Source: Eledone cirrhosa (lineage: Eukaryota). From it: 64,000 nt of DNA. The notes under the pieces are model-generated. The model did no database searches, had not been told where the DNA came from, and saw only the letters and a list, made by a program, of their open reading frames with translations. The position numbers and the translations under genes are program-made. Below, in pieces: positions 13,013 to 27,788 of this stretch. How positions within the stretch are numbered: position 1 is the first letter of the stretch; each line of letters starts with the position of its first letter. The stretch covers positions 25,296,001 through 25,360,000 of the forward strand of contig OZ024761.1 of NCBI GenBank assembly GCA_964016885.1. The letters are read 5' to 3'.

Positions 13013-13368
13013 GGGCGGGGGGGTGGATTGGGAGTATTGGGAGAGGGTCGGACGCTATGCTTTGACGTATAGAGTTACGGCCCTTGCCATTCTGAGTTCA
13101 AATCCCGCCGAGGTTAACTTTGCCTTTCATCCTTACGGGGTCGATAAAATAAAGTACCAGTAATGCACTGGGGTAATTTGCTGGCCTTGTGCCTAACGTA
13201 GAAACAATTATTAGGACTTTGACGCATAGAGTTACGGCCCTTGCCATTCTGAGTTCAAATCCCGCCGTGGTTAACTTTGCCTTTCATCCTTACGGGGTCG
13301 ATAAAATAAAGTACCAGTAATACACTGGGGTAATTGCTGGCAATGTGCCTAACGTAGTAACAATTATT
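13013..13368 (+). mobile_element. Two tandem tRNA-derived SINEs with Nin/Deu domain
   Basis: B-box GAGTTCAAATCC, CCTTTCATCCTTACGGGGTCGATAAAATAAAGTACCAG domain, ATT tail; TSD-like TATTAGGACTTTGA. Confidence 0.85.
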
Positions 13369-13848
13369 AGGACAGCAACCAAAACGCAAAGCAGAGTGGA
13401 CACTTATAAAGCTTATAATAGACAGACGATTTCGGGAGGGTAGAAAATTTAATATATATAAAACAATAATACGTTCGATAGGTTTTGAGGGTCAAGGAGG
13501 TGTACAGGTTTAGCTGCTGGAAAGGCTATGTTGTTATGAGGTTCAGTTGTCGAGGATATTGCTCTGGATTCGTCTCTAATGCGCAGCAGCATGGGCAAAA
13601 GACACAACAATTAGTTTTGTTTACAACCAGCGAAAAATCAGATAATCAAAAATACGGTGGAAGCACTAATTCACTACGAAAAGTAGCCTTATAGTTGGAG
13701 TTATAAAAACCCACAGAATGGATATTAAAGGACGGGATTTGACTTACATGGGACACGAACACACATCTTGGGCTATCATGACCACTGCGTTACCAATTTA
13801 CCCCCAATGCGTCACGCACCCTCAATTCCATTCAATTTGAAGCTATAT

Positions 13849-14103
<255 letters not shown>

Positions 14104-14112
14104 TTATATAAA

Positions 14113-14159
<47 letters not shown>

Positions 14160-15355
14160 TGTGTATGTTTGTGCGTCTTGTAAGTTTTCTTATGTATAAG
14201 AATCTATGTATTTGTTTCTGTGTGTGTGAACTTGTGTTTGCCTCTGTGTTCGTGTGTATGTTTGAGTGCCTATATGTGTCATTCTTTGCATGTTTATGTC
14301 TCTGTGTCACTGTTCGTCTGTATATGTACATTATTGTGTGTCAGTTATGCAATGATGAATGTCAAAAAAGTGCATGTGTATGCAAGATGCAGAAGTCTGC
14401 TGCACACTTATTCTGTCTTATCGATATTCGGTTTAGAATTAATCGAGCGAGGTACACCGTATGAATACATACATGTCTATAAGTAAATATATATAAGTAC
14501 TTATATATATTTACTTATAGACATGTATGTATGTATGTATGTACTTATATATATTTACTTATAGACATGTATGTATGTACTTATATATATTTACTTATAG
14601 ACATGTATGTAAGTACATACATACATGTCTATAAGTAAATATATATAAGTACATAATACATACGAGCATGAATTCATACATACGTACATATATACGTACA
14701 TACATACGTACATATATACGTGCATGCATACATACAGGCATACATACGTATGTACATACAGACATAATTACATACATACGTATGTACATACATACATAAC
14801 TGCATGCAAACATACGTATGTACATACATACATAAGTGCATGCAAACATACGTATGTACATACATACATAATTACATACATACATGAATTCATACATACG
14901 CACATATATACGTAGATACATGCGTACGTACATACATATTTGCATGTAGTGATGCACACGTGAATGTATACATACGTACTTACATACATAATTCATACGT
15001 ACATACGTACATGAATGCATTTATACAAAAGTGTATACATACATACTGAAATGCATTCATACGAAAGTGCAAACATATATTTATATATACTCTTGTATGT
15101 AAATACATACACACACACACATAAATATAGAGAACTGCACAATAAATGCATACATGAACATACGTAAATATATGTATATATATACACATTTAAATACACG
15201 CATACATTCATAAATAAATACATGCATGCTTACATATATACATACATAGATGCATCTATATATGCATATATATATACACAGACAGTTATATACACAATGT
15301 ACGTAAACACACACATACATAGCCATATAGACATACATATGTCTGTGTATGTTTC

Positions 15356-15395
<40 letters not shown>

Positions 15396-16479
15396 ATCAA
15401 TCACATATATACATACATACATACACGTACATATACACATACATTCATGCACATGCTATATATTATATATATATTCATTTTATATATATATATACATATA
15501 ATACACAATAACATACATACACACACATATACATACATGCACATGCTATATATTATATATATATATTCAATAATACATATATATATATATAATACACAAT
15601 CACGTACATACACACATACACACATACATGCACATGCTATATATTATATATATATATTCAATAATACATATATATATAATGCACAATCACGTACATACAC
15701 ACATATATACATACATGCACATGCTATATAGTATATATACATATATTCTATACATATATATATACATTGTATGCATCTACAATACACAATCATATAAACA
15801 CACGTATATACCTTACACACGTCAAAGAAAAAAGATAATTTTCCCTGTCTAACAATTATCTCCTTTGTTTACAACATTTATAATAAAATATATTTCAACG
15901 ATAAACAAAACCTGACACGGAAAATTTATTTATGTATTTATATACTTATTTCTTCCACATGTATAGCTATTTCTACCTCATTAGCCTTTCATCAGTGCAA
16001 TCTCTAATTGTTAAACTCGTTTTCAAAACATACACCACATGAATTATATTTGCGGCATGTATTTGAATCCGATAAAAGGCGAGAGCATTTAGTTCAAAAA
16101 TGTTTGCCTTTGTGTTTCTTCACTTGTTTGTTGTTGATTTTATTTTTTTTTTTTATTTTCCGTAGTCCCGTGATTCTCAAATGGGAATCACTTGTCTATT
16201 AGCAAAGGAGTTTGAGACGAGGGAGGAATTGGAGAGTGGAACTAAACTGGTAATGAGTAATGAGTAATTAGAAATAGAAGCTTTAGTCGTATTTCTTTTA
16301 TAAAAGGAATGTTAGCCTGATATTGGGGTTTAGAACCCTCTTAGAAATGGAAAAAATGAGTATTGACGTACATGGGTGTCGAACCCAATTTTTGGTTATC
16401 CAGACCACTGTGCTACCATTACAACAACACATCACCCATCTCTTTCCATTCAAATTAGATGGTATGTTCTTAGTAAGTA

Positions 16480-16961
16480 TAATTGTTTCTACTTTTGGCA
16501 CAAGGCCAGCAATTAGCCAAGTGTAATTACTGGTACTTTATGTTATCGACCCCGTAAAGATGAAAGGCAAGTTAACCTCGGCGGGATTTGAACTCAGATC
16601 GTAAAGGGCCGTAACTCTTGGCTGCAAAGCATAGCGTCCGACCCTCTATCGATACTGCCAATCCCGGAGTCGAACCCACATATTTGGTCATCCAGACCAC
16701 TGTGCTACCATTACACCAACACATCACCCATCTCCTTCCATTCAAATTAGAAGCTACATTCTTAGTAAGTATAATTATTTGTACTTTTGGCACAAGGCCA
16801 GCAATTACCCAGTGCTTTACTGGTACTTTATTTTATCGACTCCGTAAGGATGAAAGGCAAAGTTAATCTCGGCAGGATTTGAACTCTGACCATAAAGGGG
16901 CCTAACTCTTTGCTGCAAAGCATGGCATCCGACCATCTACCGATACTGCCAATCCACCGCC
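16480..16961 (-). mobile_element. Two Nin/Deu SINEs inside a tandem duplication of about 292 bp
   Basis: SINE body twice; TSD CTTAGTAAGTATAAT at 16761 and 16962, with a third copy at 16469. Confidence 0.85.
16666..16725 (-). other. tRNA-like repeat module (also 16373-16433 and 13749-13825)
   Basis: GGTGTAATGGTAGCAC D-arm, tggt-CTGGATG-acca arm, GGGTTCGACTCC T-arm; no acceptor stem. Confidence 0.5.
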
Positions 16962-18054
16962 CTTAGTAAGTATAATGACAAGTAAGTATGCTTTTAAACA
17001 GCGAGCTAGTTTGAAATTAGAAATAGAAGCTTTCGCCGTATCTTTTGACTCTACGTCAATACTCATCTTTTTCCACTTCTTAGGGGGTTCTAAACCCCAC
17101 TATCAGGCTAAAATTTATTTAATAAAAAATAGGTTGAGAGTTTCTATTTCTAATTTAAAACTCGCTCGCTGTTTCAAAACATACTTACTGGTAATTAATA
17201 ATTTAGATTGGGTATAATTTAACGTATTATTATAGAAACAGATATTATAGATAAAAACTCCCATCGATTTCCGTGGTAAATAATTATTTTGCTTTCCTTA
17301 GGGTAATGATTAAGGTTAGGGTTAGGTCTAGGATTTCAGTATTTCTGGGGACATGTCGATTGCGAACATATTGGAGATCAGATTAGTTAATTGCACATGA
17401 AGAAATTATACGAAGAAAAATAATTATTTCCCACGAAACGAGGGGGCGTATATAACTGCCAAACACCGATTGCTCCCCCCTCTCCTTTTTCGATAAAGCA
17501 AGAGCTTTCCGATTGGTTTGAGGTCATATTCGTTAACACGCAAAAAAAAAAAAAAAAAAAAAAAAAATTATTGAGAAGCCTCCAAGGATTTCACACCCAC
17601 CCTAGACTATCTGTTTTCCTGGAAGAAAAAGTCAATTGCAAGCATCTTGCAGGTGAAATTAGTTGATAGTACACGGAAAATAACGAGGAAAAGTACGGTT
17701 TGCTGAAATTAAGAGGAATGATTTATAAATTTGCCAAAAAACAAAAATCTTAAACTCTCTACCATGCCACCAGGCTCCTGAAGCTGGTATTTATCTCCTG
17801 TTCCATTTATCGTCGACGTGAAGCGACTGAAAGTACAAGAATCATTCCACCCCACCTGGACACCAAGCCAGTCTATTCGGTCTATCGTAGGATTAAACCT
17901 CAGCGTACGCTGGTACTCTCGACTCTTTGTTTAACATAGTGAAATGCAATCTTGTGCTCAAGAAAAGATCGCAACACTAGGTCTAGAAACCGAACCCACG
18001 ACATTAAAATCATATTCCCAACACCCTAAAAAAATCGTATACATTTATCTTCTT

Positions 18055-18281
18055 CACCCCCTTATTACTGAAAAAGTCGTGGGGACAGAGTCCGCAAGCA
18101 ATCCATCCAGCGGGTCCTGTCCGAGGCAACCGGCTCCAACTGATCCAGCGGAAGCCTCAGTTGTGACTAACCAAGTTCATGGATGTTATCCAACCATCTT
18201 GCTCGGGTCTACCCCTGGGTCTCCTACCTCTTCGTTTGGCTCGTAAAATTCCTGTAGCGATTCTTGCCTGAGACATTCTAA

Positions 18282-18284
<3 letters not shown>
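18055..18284 (-). mobile_element. RTE-clade LINE 3' fragment
   Basis: Translates RMSQARIA..IL....GRRPRGRP..W, the typical RTE ORF C-terminus. Confidence 0.65.
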
Positions 18285-18321
<37 letters not shown>

Positions 18322-18504
18322 GGGGTAACAAATAATAGTTAAATGCAGTCCACTTAGGTATAGTCCAGTTATGGTATTCCAGGTAGTGGATGATATCAAC
18401 GCTTGGCTTGGCTTGACTCAACAAGGCGTTTTCATAGAAAGAATTGTCAGCTATGAGATTAAAAACCTTTTTTGTATAGCAAACCATGTCAACCTTCTTT
18501 CCTG

Positions 18505-18538
<34 letters not shown>

Positions 18539-18954
18539 CAGGCGGAAATCGATGATTCTTCATAAGCCTTTAAAGGGAGCCGGGCTCACCTTAGGGCATG
18601 ATGACTCCTAGTTGTCTTCTTGCTGTTTTTTTCTCCTCCAGTGGGGCATGAACCCGGGACGATCCGGTCAGCCTGGCGCTCATTCCTATAGTTTAGACCA
18701 GCATGTCACCAACAGTTCGGACCTCACGTACCACTCAATTTATAAGTTTAACTCCTGCAGACCACTAATATGAATTAATGGTCAATGGTTGAAACAATAC
18801 TGAAGCAGACGTGTGTCAATTTGTCGATAGATGATACGTATTTGTAAAATTCTTTCGTGGATATTAGTTCTTTACCGACGAGAAACATTTTTTAGGTGGG
18901 GTTATAAAATATATTTTAACCGAATATCATTGATTTTTATTATTAATAAAACAA

Positions 18955-19168
18955 AGGGCGGTGGGTTTGTAGTATCGGATGCCATGCTTTGCGGCATAGA
19001 GTTATGGTCCTTTATGATCCGAGTTCAAATCCCGCTAATGTTAATTTTGCCTTTCATCCTTACCGGGTCGATAAAATAAAGCACCAGTAACGCACTCGGG
19101 TCGATTTAATTGACTTTCCCCTTCCCCCAAAATTACTTGTCTAGAGCCTGTCCTAGAAATGATTATTA
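18955..19168 (+). mobile_element. Nin/Deu SINE, full length
   Basis: GGGCGGTGG head, B box, Nin domain; TSD TTATTAATAAAACA. Confidence 0.8.
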
Positions 19169-20338
19169 ATAAAACATAAAAATTGCAAATATTGTCTACA
19201 TGTTTCTGCAGATCACCAAAATGTTATTTCGGACCACCGGTTAGTGACCGCTGGCTCAGACCCACACGGCTACGAAGACCAGCGGAAGAACTAATACATC
19301 ACATAACATAATAAAGGGAGACGTGCGGGACTGTGTCCTGAATATATATTTTGTATCCCGGTTGTAAAATAACTTGGATTACTTTGAATAAATAATGAAT
19401 GAATCTTACATAATTTATCTACGAAATTTCATAACTCGTGATTAAATATAACTAATTTTATTGCTTATTTAAAGATTCACTTCTTTAAAATATTCAAATG
19501 TTAACACTCTCGGTTAGCGTCCGTTATATTATAACATTTATTACATCACTTATATAAACATTCATATATATATGCATCGGTATATAATGTTTACATTTAC
19601 GTCGCTAATTTTCTTCTAATGCAGTTTATATATAATATCGTCTTTTTAAAATATATCATGGATTACTTTACTGATTAAAGAAGACAGTGTAACACAGTCT
19701 CTCTTCAATTTCTATGCGTATTGTCAATTACAATTTTATTTGATGTATCATATCTAAATGCATATATATATTTGCATATGATATCAATATGCACAATACA
19801 CATGCTAGCAGAAAACCACACGAAGGGTGGTCTATTTAAATAGCAAGCATACTCTATTAGCTCCAATTCTTATTCGTCTTGCAAGTATTTTCTCCTCCAG
19901 AGTGTTTGGTTCCACGTATGTTAGATTTTTATTGTTAATTGCTGTTGTTGGTCTTGTACGGTGATTTTATCAGCACAGACACTTTGAGAGTTTCTCATCT
20001 GTTTCTGACAGGCGTTTTATGCTTGCTGTACCTTTCCGACCTTTGATTGCAAGCTGAACTTCGGGTTGAAGAACAATCAGGAATTACGAGTTCACAAGAC
20101 ACTGCTGCTTCGATGGTAATCCAATTTGGAACTATACAATTATTAAGGTTTGAAAAGTGTCCTCATATTGATTTGGTGCTTCGGTGAACAATTACTGGAA
20201 GGCAATTGAAAATGTTAGTGGAAATAAGGAAGCCCGAGATTGCAAAGTGAGAAGGGGAGTGTGACTTGAGTCTCTGAGAAACTATGGTCAAGAAAAGCAG
20301 GACATACGTACAGACATAACCGTAAACACATAAACAAA

Positions 20339-20369
<31 letters not shown>

Positions 20370-21764
20370 GTATAGACAGACGCACCCTGACAGACACCAC
20401 ACATACACACACATACATACAGACAGACACACCCTCAAATACATTACACACAAACACACACATACACACTCACGTACAGACAGACGCACCCTAGCTGCCA
20501 CCACGCATACACACAAACACAGACATATAAACACTCAAATACACAAAAAAACACAGTTACAAATCGGACTTCTGGATTCTCCATTTACTTTATCAATGGC
20601 TATTCAGTCGGCCACTCCAAATTATAGTAAACTCAATAAACTCAAATGATGCGCAGGCGCCCTGAGTCCAGGAAATTGTGGCTGCACAACACACTTCTTC
20701 ACCACACAGTCCTACATGCGATCTCTTTAACTTATACCTTTGCAATCATATCCAGGTTATAAATAAATATAAGTTCACAAATACGTTTATAAATTTATAA
20801 ATTAATCAGATAGATTATATCCTTACCAGAAGACGTGACAGAGTGTCTGTTGTAAACACTAAGTCCCTCCCCCATTAAGAATGCACCTCCCAACATAGCA
20901 TAGTAGTTAGTGACCTCATAGTCAGGACTAGACGTACTCGACAATAGAGGAGGACTACCCTCAGGAGGAGAATATGGAAGTTAAAGGACACGACAGCCAG
21001 TAACAAATTTAAAAGCATATTAGTTGTTGCTTTTGACAGTAAGGAAGAGCAATTAGAGTCGTACAATATAGAGAAATTAAATACAAGTGTTATAAATTCA
21101 GGGAATATAATGGTCTATCCTAGATTAAAGAAGTCACTAACCAAAAAAAACGGGAGGCAGTGGCACTGAATCCAGAAAAATCGTGGCTGGGAACAAACTC
21201 CTTAACCAGTCAGTGATGTCTGCGATCATATCCAAGTTTGAAATAAATACATGCGCGCAAATATATTTGAAATATATAAATTACACTGACGGGGACCTAA
21301 TGAGGTAGAAACATGAATGCAAGTGGTATAAATGAAGTCTATCCAAGATTATAGAATACACTAACCAAAAAACGGGGCATAGCGGCACAGAATACCGGAA
21401 AACGAGGTTGCGGATCGAACTCCTTAACCAGTGGGTCATGCCTCCGATTACTCTACGAGGTACACTCGCAATCATAGCCAGGGTAAAATATATATATTTT
21501 CGCAAATATGCTAATAAATTAATGAATTACACTGATGAGTATCTAATGAGATAGAAACATCTATACAAGTGGAATATATGCAATAATTACAATATAAAAT
21601 AGGTTAAGCGTGTCATTATTTGGTTATTGATCTAATTGAATGTAATTTCCTTCTTTTGCAAGTTCGATAAACAAAACCAACAGCTAGAAGAGTAAATTAT
21701 ATTTATTTATAATTGTTGGCCTATTTAAGCAGTAGTGCGTGAATACGTATAAAGGACCATACAC

Positions 21765-22192
21765 ACACATATATATATATATATACATATATACATATAT
21801 ATATACATATATATATACATATATATATACATATATATATACATATATATACACATATATATACACATATATATACACATATATATACATATATATATAC
21901 ATATATATATACATATATATATACATATATATATACATATATATATACATATATATATACATATATATATACATACATATATATATATACACATATATAT
22001 ATACATATATATATACATATATATATACATACATATATATATATACACATATATATATACATATATATATACATACATATATATATATACACATATATAT
22101 ACATACATATATATATATACACATATATATATATACATATATATATATACACATATATATATACATATATATATACATATATATATACATAC

Positions 22193-22227
<35 letters not shown>

Positions 22228-22256
22228 CATATATATATACATATATATATACATAC

Positions 22257-22287
<31 letters not shown>

Positions 22288-22505
22288 TATATACATATAC
22301 ATATATATACATATATATATACATATACATATATATACATATATATATACATATATATATATACATATACATATACATATATATATACACATATATATAC
22401 ACATATATATATACATATATATATACATATATATATACATATATATATACATATATATATACATATATATATATACATATATATATACATATATATATAT
22501 ATATA
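21765..22505. repeat. (TA)n/(ATATATATAC)n microsatellite
   Basis: Seen directly. Confidence 0.95.
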
Positions 22506-23006
22506 GTAATAATAATAAATTTAAAGACTAAAATCCAAAGAGGGCTCGATAAGGATAAATATATATCAAATATATAAGAAACGTAGAGCAAATATTTATT
22601 AAAATAACAGATTAAAGTTTAAGCAAAGAATTGCTGCTTTCACCCTTAACGGGATCTTCTGAAACTGAAGATCCCGTTAAGGGTGAAAGCAGCGATTATT
22701 GCTTAAACTTTAATCTGTTATTTTAATAAAAATATATATATATATATATATATATATGGGGGGGGGGGATATATATATACATGTATGTATGTATGTGTGT
22801 GTGTGCACCAAAACCAACAATAACTAACGCCCCTGCTAGAGGGCCACCATTACCATCACTAAACCGTATAGAAACAGGGAAAAGAAGATATAGACAAAGA
22901 GCGAGAAAGAGGGAGAAAGAGAGAGAGAATGTGTGTGTGTATATATATATATATACTCTCAGTCGCTTCACGCCATGAAACCAAGATAAACCTTCTGGCT
23001 TACGAC

Positions 23007-23047
<41 letters not shown>

Positions 23048-23663
23048 TCTATCTGTGTATATATATATATACACAGATAGAATGTGTGTAAGAGAGAGGA
23101 AGACGGATGGGTATGTGTGTGCGTGCGTGTGCTACAACAGTAACGACAACAATAACATCAACCACAATGACAAATACAACCTTAATCGCTTTTCCAATAT
23201 TTCTCACAACCATCCGCAGTGAAATACAAAGACAAAAGATAAAAAGCACACTGCGTGGGACCATACACATACACAAGCAGAGACAGAGACAGAGACACAC
23301 ACACACATACACACACAGACAAACATACACATACACTTTGACTCACATAGACACACACTACTTGGGACCATGCACATACAGAGACAGACAAACAGACACA
23401 CACACACACACACACACAGACAGACACATACACTTTGACTCACATAGACACATAATACTTGCGACCATATACAGAGATACATAGAGGCACACATGTGAAC
23501 ATACACACACGAACATACACACACGAACATACACACACGAACATACACACATGAACATACACACACGAACATACACACACGAACATACACACACATACTC
23601 ACGTTGCACTTTGCGTAACCTGAAGTAAAATAACGAAACACACGCACATAATACATACATCAC

Positions 23664-23699
<36 letters not shown>

Positions 23700-23789
23700 G
23701 TGATGTATGTATGTATTATGACGGGGTCGATAAAATAAAGTACCAGTAATGCACTGGGTATTTGCTGGCCTTGTGCCTAAAGTAGAAAC

Positions 23790-23830
<41 letters not shown>

Positions 23831-24829
23831 AACACATTGCACTTGGTAAAGAACAGAATTGAGACAATCCAATAGCATCTAAAAACAAACATATACACCC
23901 CACATACCACACACACACACACACACACACATACCACGCCCTGCACACACATACTACACATACCACGCCCTGCACACACACATACTACACATACCACGCC
24001 CTGCACACACACACATACTACACATACCACCACCACCTATACCACCACCACCCATACACACCTATTACACTTACCACACACACACACAGCCCACACAGAG
24101 CTCAAAACATCGTACGTGGAACCATCAATCATCATACCCTGTCCACATATAAACACACATACACACATACAACCACTCACAAACACACGGACACACATAC
24201 AAACACACAAACCCACACAGACAACCACTCACAAACACATACATACAACCACACACACACACACATACATACATACAACCACTCACACACAGACACATAC
24301 ATACAACCACTCACACACAGACACATACAACCACTAACACACAGACACATACAACCACTCGCCACACAGACACATACAACCACTCACAGACATACAACCA
24401 CTCACACAGACACACATAACAGTGCGCTTGTAACCACCCGTCATTGCACTCTTACCACAAACACACAGCCATACACACAACCACTCAAACACATACACAA
24501 ACCTTAACACATCCATACACTCACACATAACCACTAAAACAGACGTTAATGCACACACACACACACAGAGTAAAAGAGCGCACTTGAAATCAACAGACAG
24601 TCTCCATTCTACATAACAATGTACTTAGAATCTTCAAAGAGAGCACCATGACTACAGCCGAACAGATACGTAGGGAGCTTCCAAATGATGAGGAGAGCCC
24701 CCACCCCCACCACACCACACCCGCGACCTCTCCATCACAAGATACTCACAAAGGGACACTGCACTTAAAATCACCGGAGACTAAACCACAACACAACAAT
24801 AACACCAACACCAAAAGTAAAAATGAAAG

Positions 24830-25120
24830 TAATTGTTTCTACTTTTGGCAGGAATTAACCTCAATAGATTACTGGTGCTTTATTTTATCAACCCGTAGGG
24901 ATTAAAGGCAAAGTTAACCTCGGCGGGATTTGATTCAGATCATAAAGGGCCATAACTCTGCTGCATGAAAGTAATAATTGTTTCTACTTTTGGCAGGAAT
25001 TATCCCCAATAGATTACTGGTACTTTATTTTATCGAGCCCGTAAGGATTAAAAGCAAAGTTAACCTCGACGGGATTTGAACTCAGATCGTAAAAGGACGT
25101 AACTATGCTGGAAATCATGG
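24830..25120 (-). mobile_element. Two tandem Nin/Deu SINE copies
   Basis: TTTTATC(G/A)ACCCGTAAGG...AAAGTTAACCTCG-CGGGATTTGA twice. Confidence 0.8.
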
Positions 25121-25299
25121 TATATGTGTTTGTTTCAGTGGCTGTGTGTGTATGTGTTTCAGTGCGTGTGTGTGTGTGTGCGTGTGTGTGTGTGTTTGTG
25201 TCAGTGAGTGTGTTTCAGTGCATAAATACAAACAGACATCGATAAAATATGTAACAGACTTTAAAAAAATTTAAAGAAACAAAAGATCGATGGAGGAGA

Positions 25300-25534
25300 T
25301 CCCAGACCACGTTCGATTAACAAATGTTTTAGAACTCCTCACTTCGGACAAATGAAACAATGTTTCCATTGGTCTTTCCATTGCTAATTCTATCAACCAA
25401 TCACAACTCCTGGCAAAAAACTTGAAATAAAGTGTCTTGCTCAAGGACATAACCCATTGCATGTTTCGGGAATCGAACCTGCAACCTTTCGATTGTGAAT
25501 CCAATCCTTTAAGTACTAAGCCACACAACTTCAC
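25300..25534 (-). mobile_element. CORE-like tRNA SINE (also 29401-29541 minus and 46039-46340 plus)
   Basis: tRNA head GGTTCGATTCC followed by CCTTGAGCAAGACACTTTATTTCA. Confidence 0.7.
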
Positions 25535-26798
25535 TTGAAAATATGAAATAAATAAGTACCAAGGTCAATATGATAGACTAAAATCCTTTTTAAGCTGGTG
25601 CCCGAGCACAACATGGCTTCAGTCCAATGATTAGAAGCCAATAAAAGAATAAAAGACTATTACACGTAACTTACGATGAGAAAAAGTGCAATATTTAATC
25701 CACCCCACCTCTGTCTTTCCACAAACCCACCACATCACCCGGCCTCCGTCCTTCCACAACCGCACCCCACCTCTGACTTCTCAAGACCCCACCCCACCAA
25801 ACACACCATCCAGACTCCAACAGACAACATCGTCTTTGACTGACGTAACAATATTCAAAGCATTCATTGAAAATCCTCCTCCCCACATAATTATAGAGAA
25901 GCGATTGTCGGCGTGGTGTGGCGTGGGGTAGCGTAGCGTGGCGTGGTGTACTGTAGGTTAGTGTAGTGCGGTGCGGTGTGGTGTGGGGTGTGGTGTGTGG
26001 TGTGGTGGGGTGGTGTGGGGTGGTTGGGTGGTGTGGCGTTGTGTAGTGGTGTGGTGTGGCGTTGTGTAGTGGTGTGGTGTGGCGTTGTGTAGTGGTGTGG
26101 TGTGGCGTTGTGTAGTGGCGTGGCGTGGTGTACTCTGGTGTAGTGTGGTGTGGTGTAGTGTGGTGTGGTGTAGTGTAGTGTAGTGTGGTGTGCTGTGGCG
26201 TGGGGTAGTGGTTGAGGTGGTGCTGCTGGAGGTGGAATATCGATAAATGAAAAAATGAAAAAAGAAATCAAATAAAATAAATTAAAAATAAAACAAAAAT
26301 CAGTATCAGAGATGTAATGGAGTCGAATCAAAGCAACATCTAGCACTCCACCTCAGCCCACCTTCAATCACCACCTAACAGTCCATCACTATCAACCTTA
26401 CCTTCACCAGACACCATATTTCACTGGCATGGTGCCAATATAAGAGTCCATTATTCTACTATCTAAACATGGGCAGATGGCCAATTATTTCAACATAACC
26501 AAACTAAACAAGAAGATTAAATCGACCTGGCGTATTACTGGTCGGTCGACAATCAATTGCTTTTTAAGTCTATCGAAAGTTATGTAAGTCGACTTGGGTG
26601 AAAGCTATTTCTTTTCATTTTTTGTTGGATTTTTGGTTTGTTTTGATTTTGTGTAAGTTTCTATGTGTTTGTGTACGTTTCTGTGTGTTTGTGTAAGTTT
26701 CTGTGTGTTTGTGCAAGTTTCTCTGTGTTTGTGCAAGTTTCTGTGTGTGTTTGTGTTTTTAAATTGCATGAGAAAGTACGCATGTGTCAGTCACTTAC

Positions 26799-26944
26799 AC
26801 GTCTGTACAATTACAGCTGTCATTCACAATTAATGATGAGTTGGTATCAATATGTATAGTGCTTTCGTTAATGGTTTTAAAGTAAGCAACAATCTTATTG
26901 AAAAACAGACATGAAATACAAAGCTCCTGTCGGCACTCCAGCAT
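26799..26944 (-). CDS. Candidate first coding exon MLECRQELCISCLFFNKIVAYFKTINESTIHIDTNSSLIVNDSCNCTD
   Basis: Lies in an 88-codon non-repetitive open frame and ends at a consensus donor GT|GTAAGT in phase 2; four N-x-S/T sequons; C-x-C. Confidence 0.45.
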
Positions 26945-27089
26945 TTGTCTAGGGTAACAGCCAGAATGTTGACGGCTGGAAATTGAAGGAGCTGCGGCTA
27001 ATCTGAGCAAGCGAGTACAATTTGTTTTATCGACCCTTCGCCCAGACTTGAATGCGCACACACATTATATATATATATATATATAGGTT

Positions 27090-27140
27090 AGTTTCAGAAG
27101 ATCCGGTTAAGGATGAAAGCAGCGATTCTTTGCTTAAACT
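27090..27140 (+). ncRNA. Hammerhead-like fold, family E, variant core CAGAAGA
   Basis: agttt-CAGAAGA-tccggttaaggat-GAAA-GCAG-cgattct-TTGC-TT-aaact. Confidence 0.5.
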
Positions 27141-27590
27141 TTCATCTGTTATTTTAAGAAATATATATATATACCCATTCTACTTCTTCCCGTGCATAAA
27201 ATACATCTTTTCTATGTGGACCCCTCTGACTCAGCACCGAAGATTTCATTGGTCGGCAAATTACCACATTTAAAAAGGGTACTAAAAAAGTTAGAAATCA
27301 GATCTAAAAGATAAGAACTGTTTTATCATATAAAAGCATGAACGGAAAAATAAAAAAAATGTAAAGTCATCGTCAAATCAAACCAATGAAAGTTAGCTTC
27401 CGTTGGGCTTTCCATTGCTTATAATACCAGCCCGTAGTAAATCCTTATAGAAGAGTCACAGCACTCGTCTGGGGTGAGGTTTGAACTAGGCAGACACAGC
27501 GCCAGAAACGAGAGCAGAAAACGAGAGCAGAAAACGTCCCATCCGACATTAGGTTCGACTTATGTATTACGTTAAGTCTAGATAGAAATA

Positions 27591-27788
27591 CGAAGGACGG
27601 CTAAAGTGTTCATAGACTGACAAAGTTACTCTCATGGCATGACAAAATGAGGTTAATGTTTAAAGATACTCACTGGAAAGAAACAATGCAGTTGTTAATA
27701 AGAAGAGTTAAAATTAATGCATGCAAGACTCCACAGCTCTAGGATCAATCCTTTATAGTCAGTCAATGGACGTTTCGGCCTACTCTCG
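27591..27788. mobile_element. Mariner-type MITE (diverged)
   Basis: TA flanks, imperfect TIRs related to 30049-30246, 198 bp. Confidence 0.6.

Noticed and set aside
16666-16725. Functional tRNA gene
   Set aside because: No acceptor stem or terminator; diverged copies indicate a repeat
17330-17352. Telomeric TTAGGG-like units
   Set aside because: Only about 4 degenerate units, internal
19830-20115. Plus-strand TATA-like site and splice-like signals
   Set aside because: No recognisable product or continuation; could be chance
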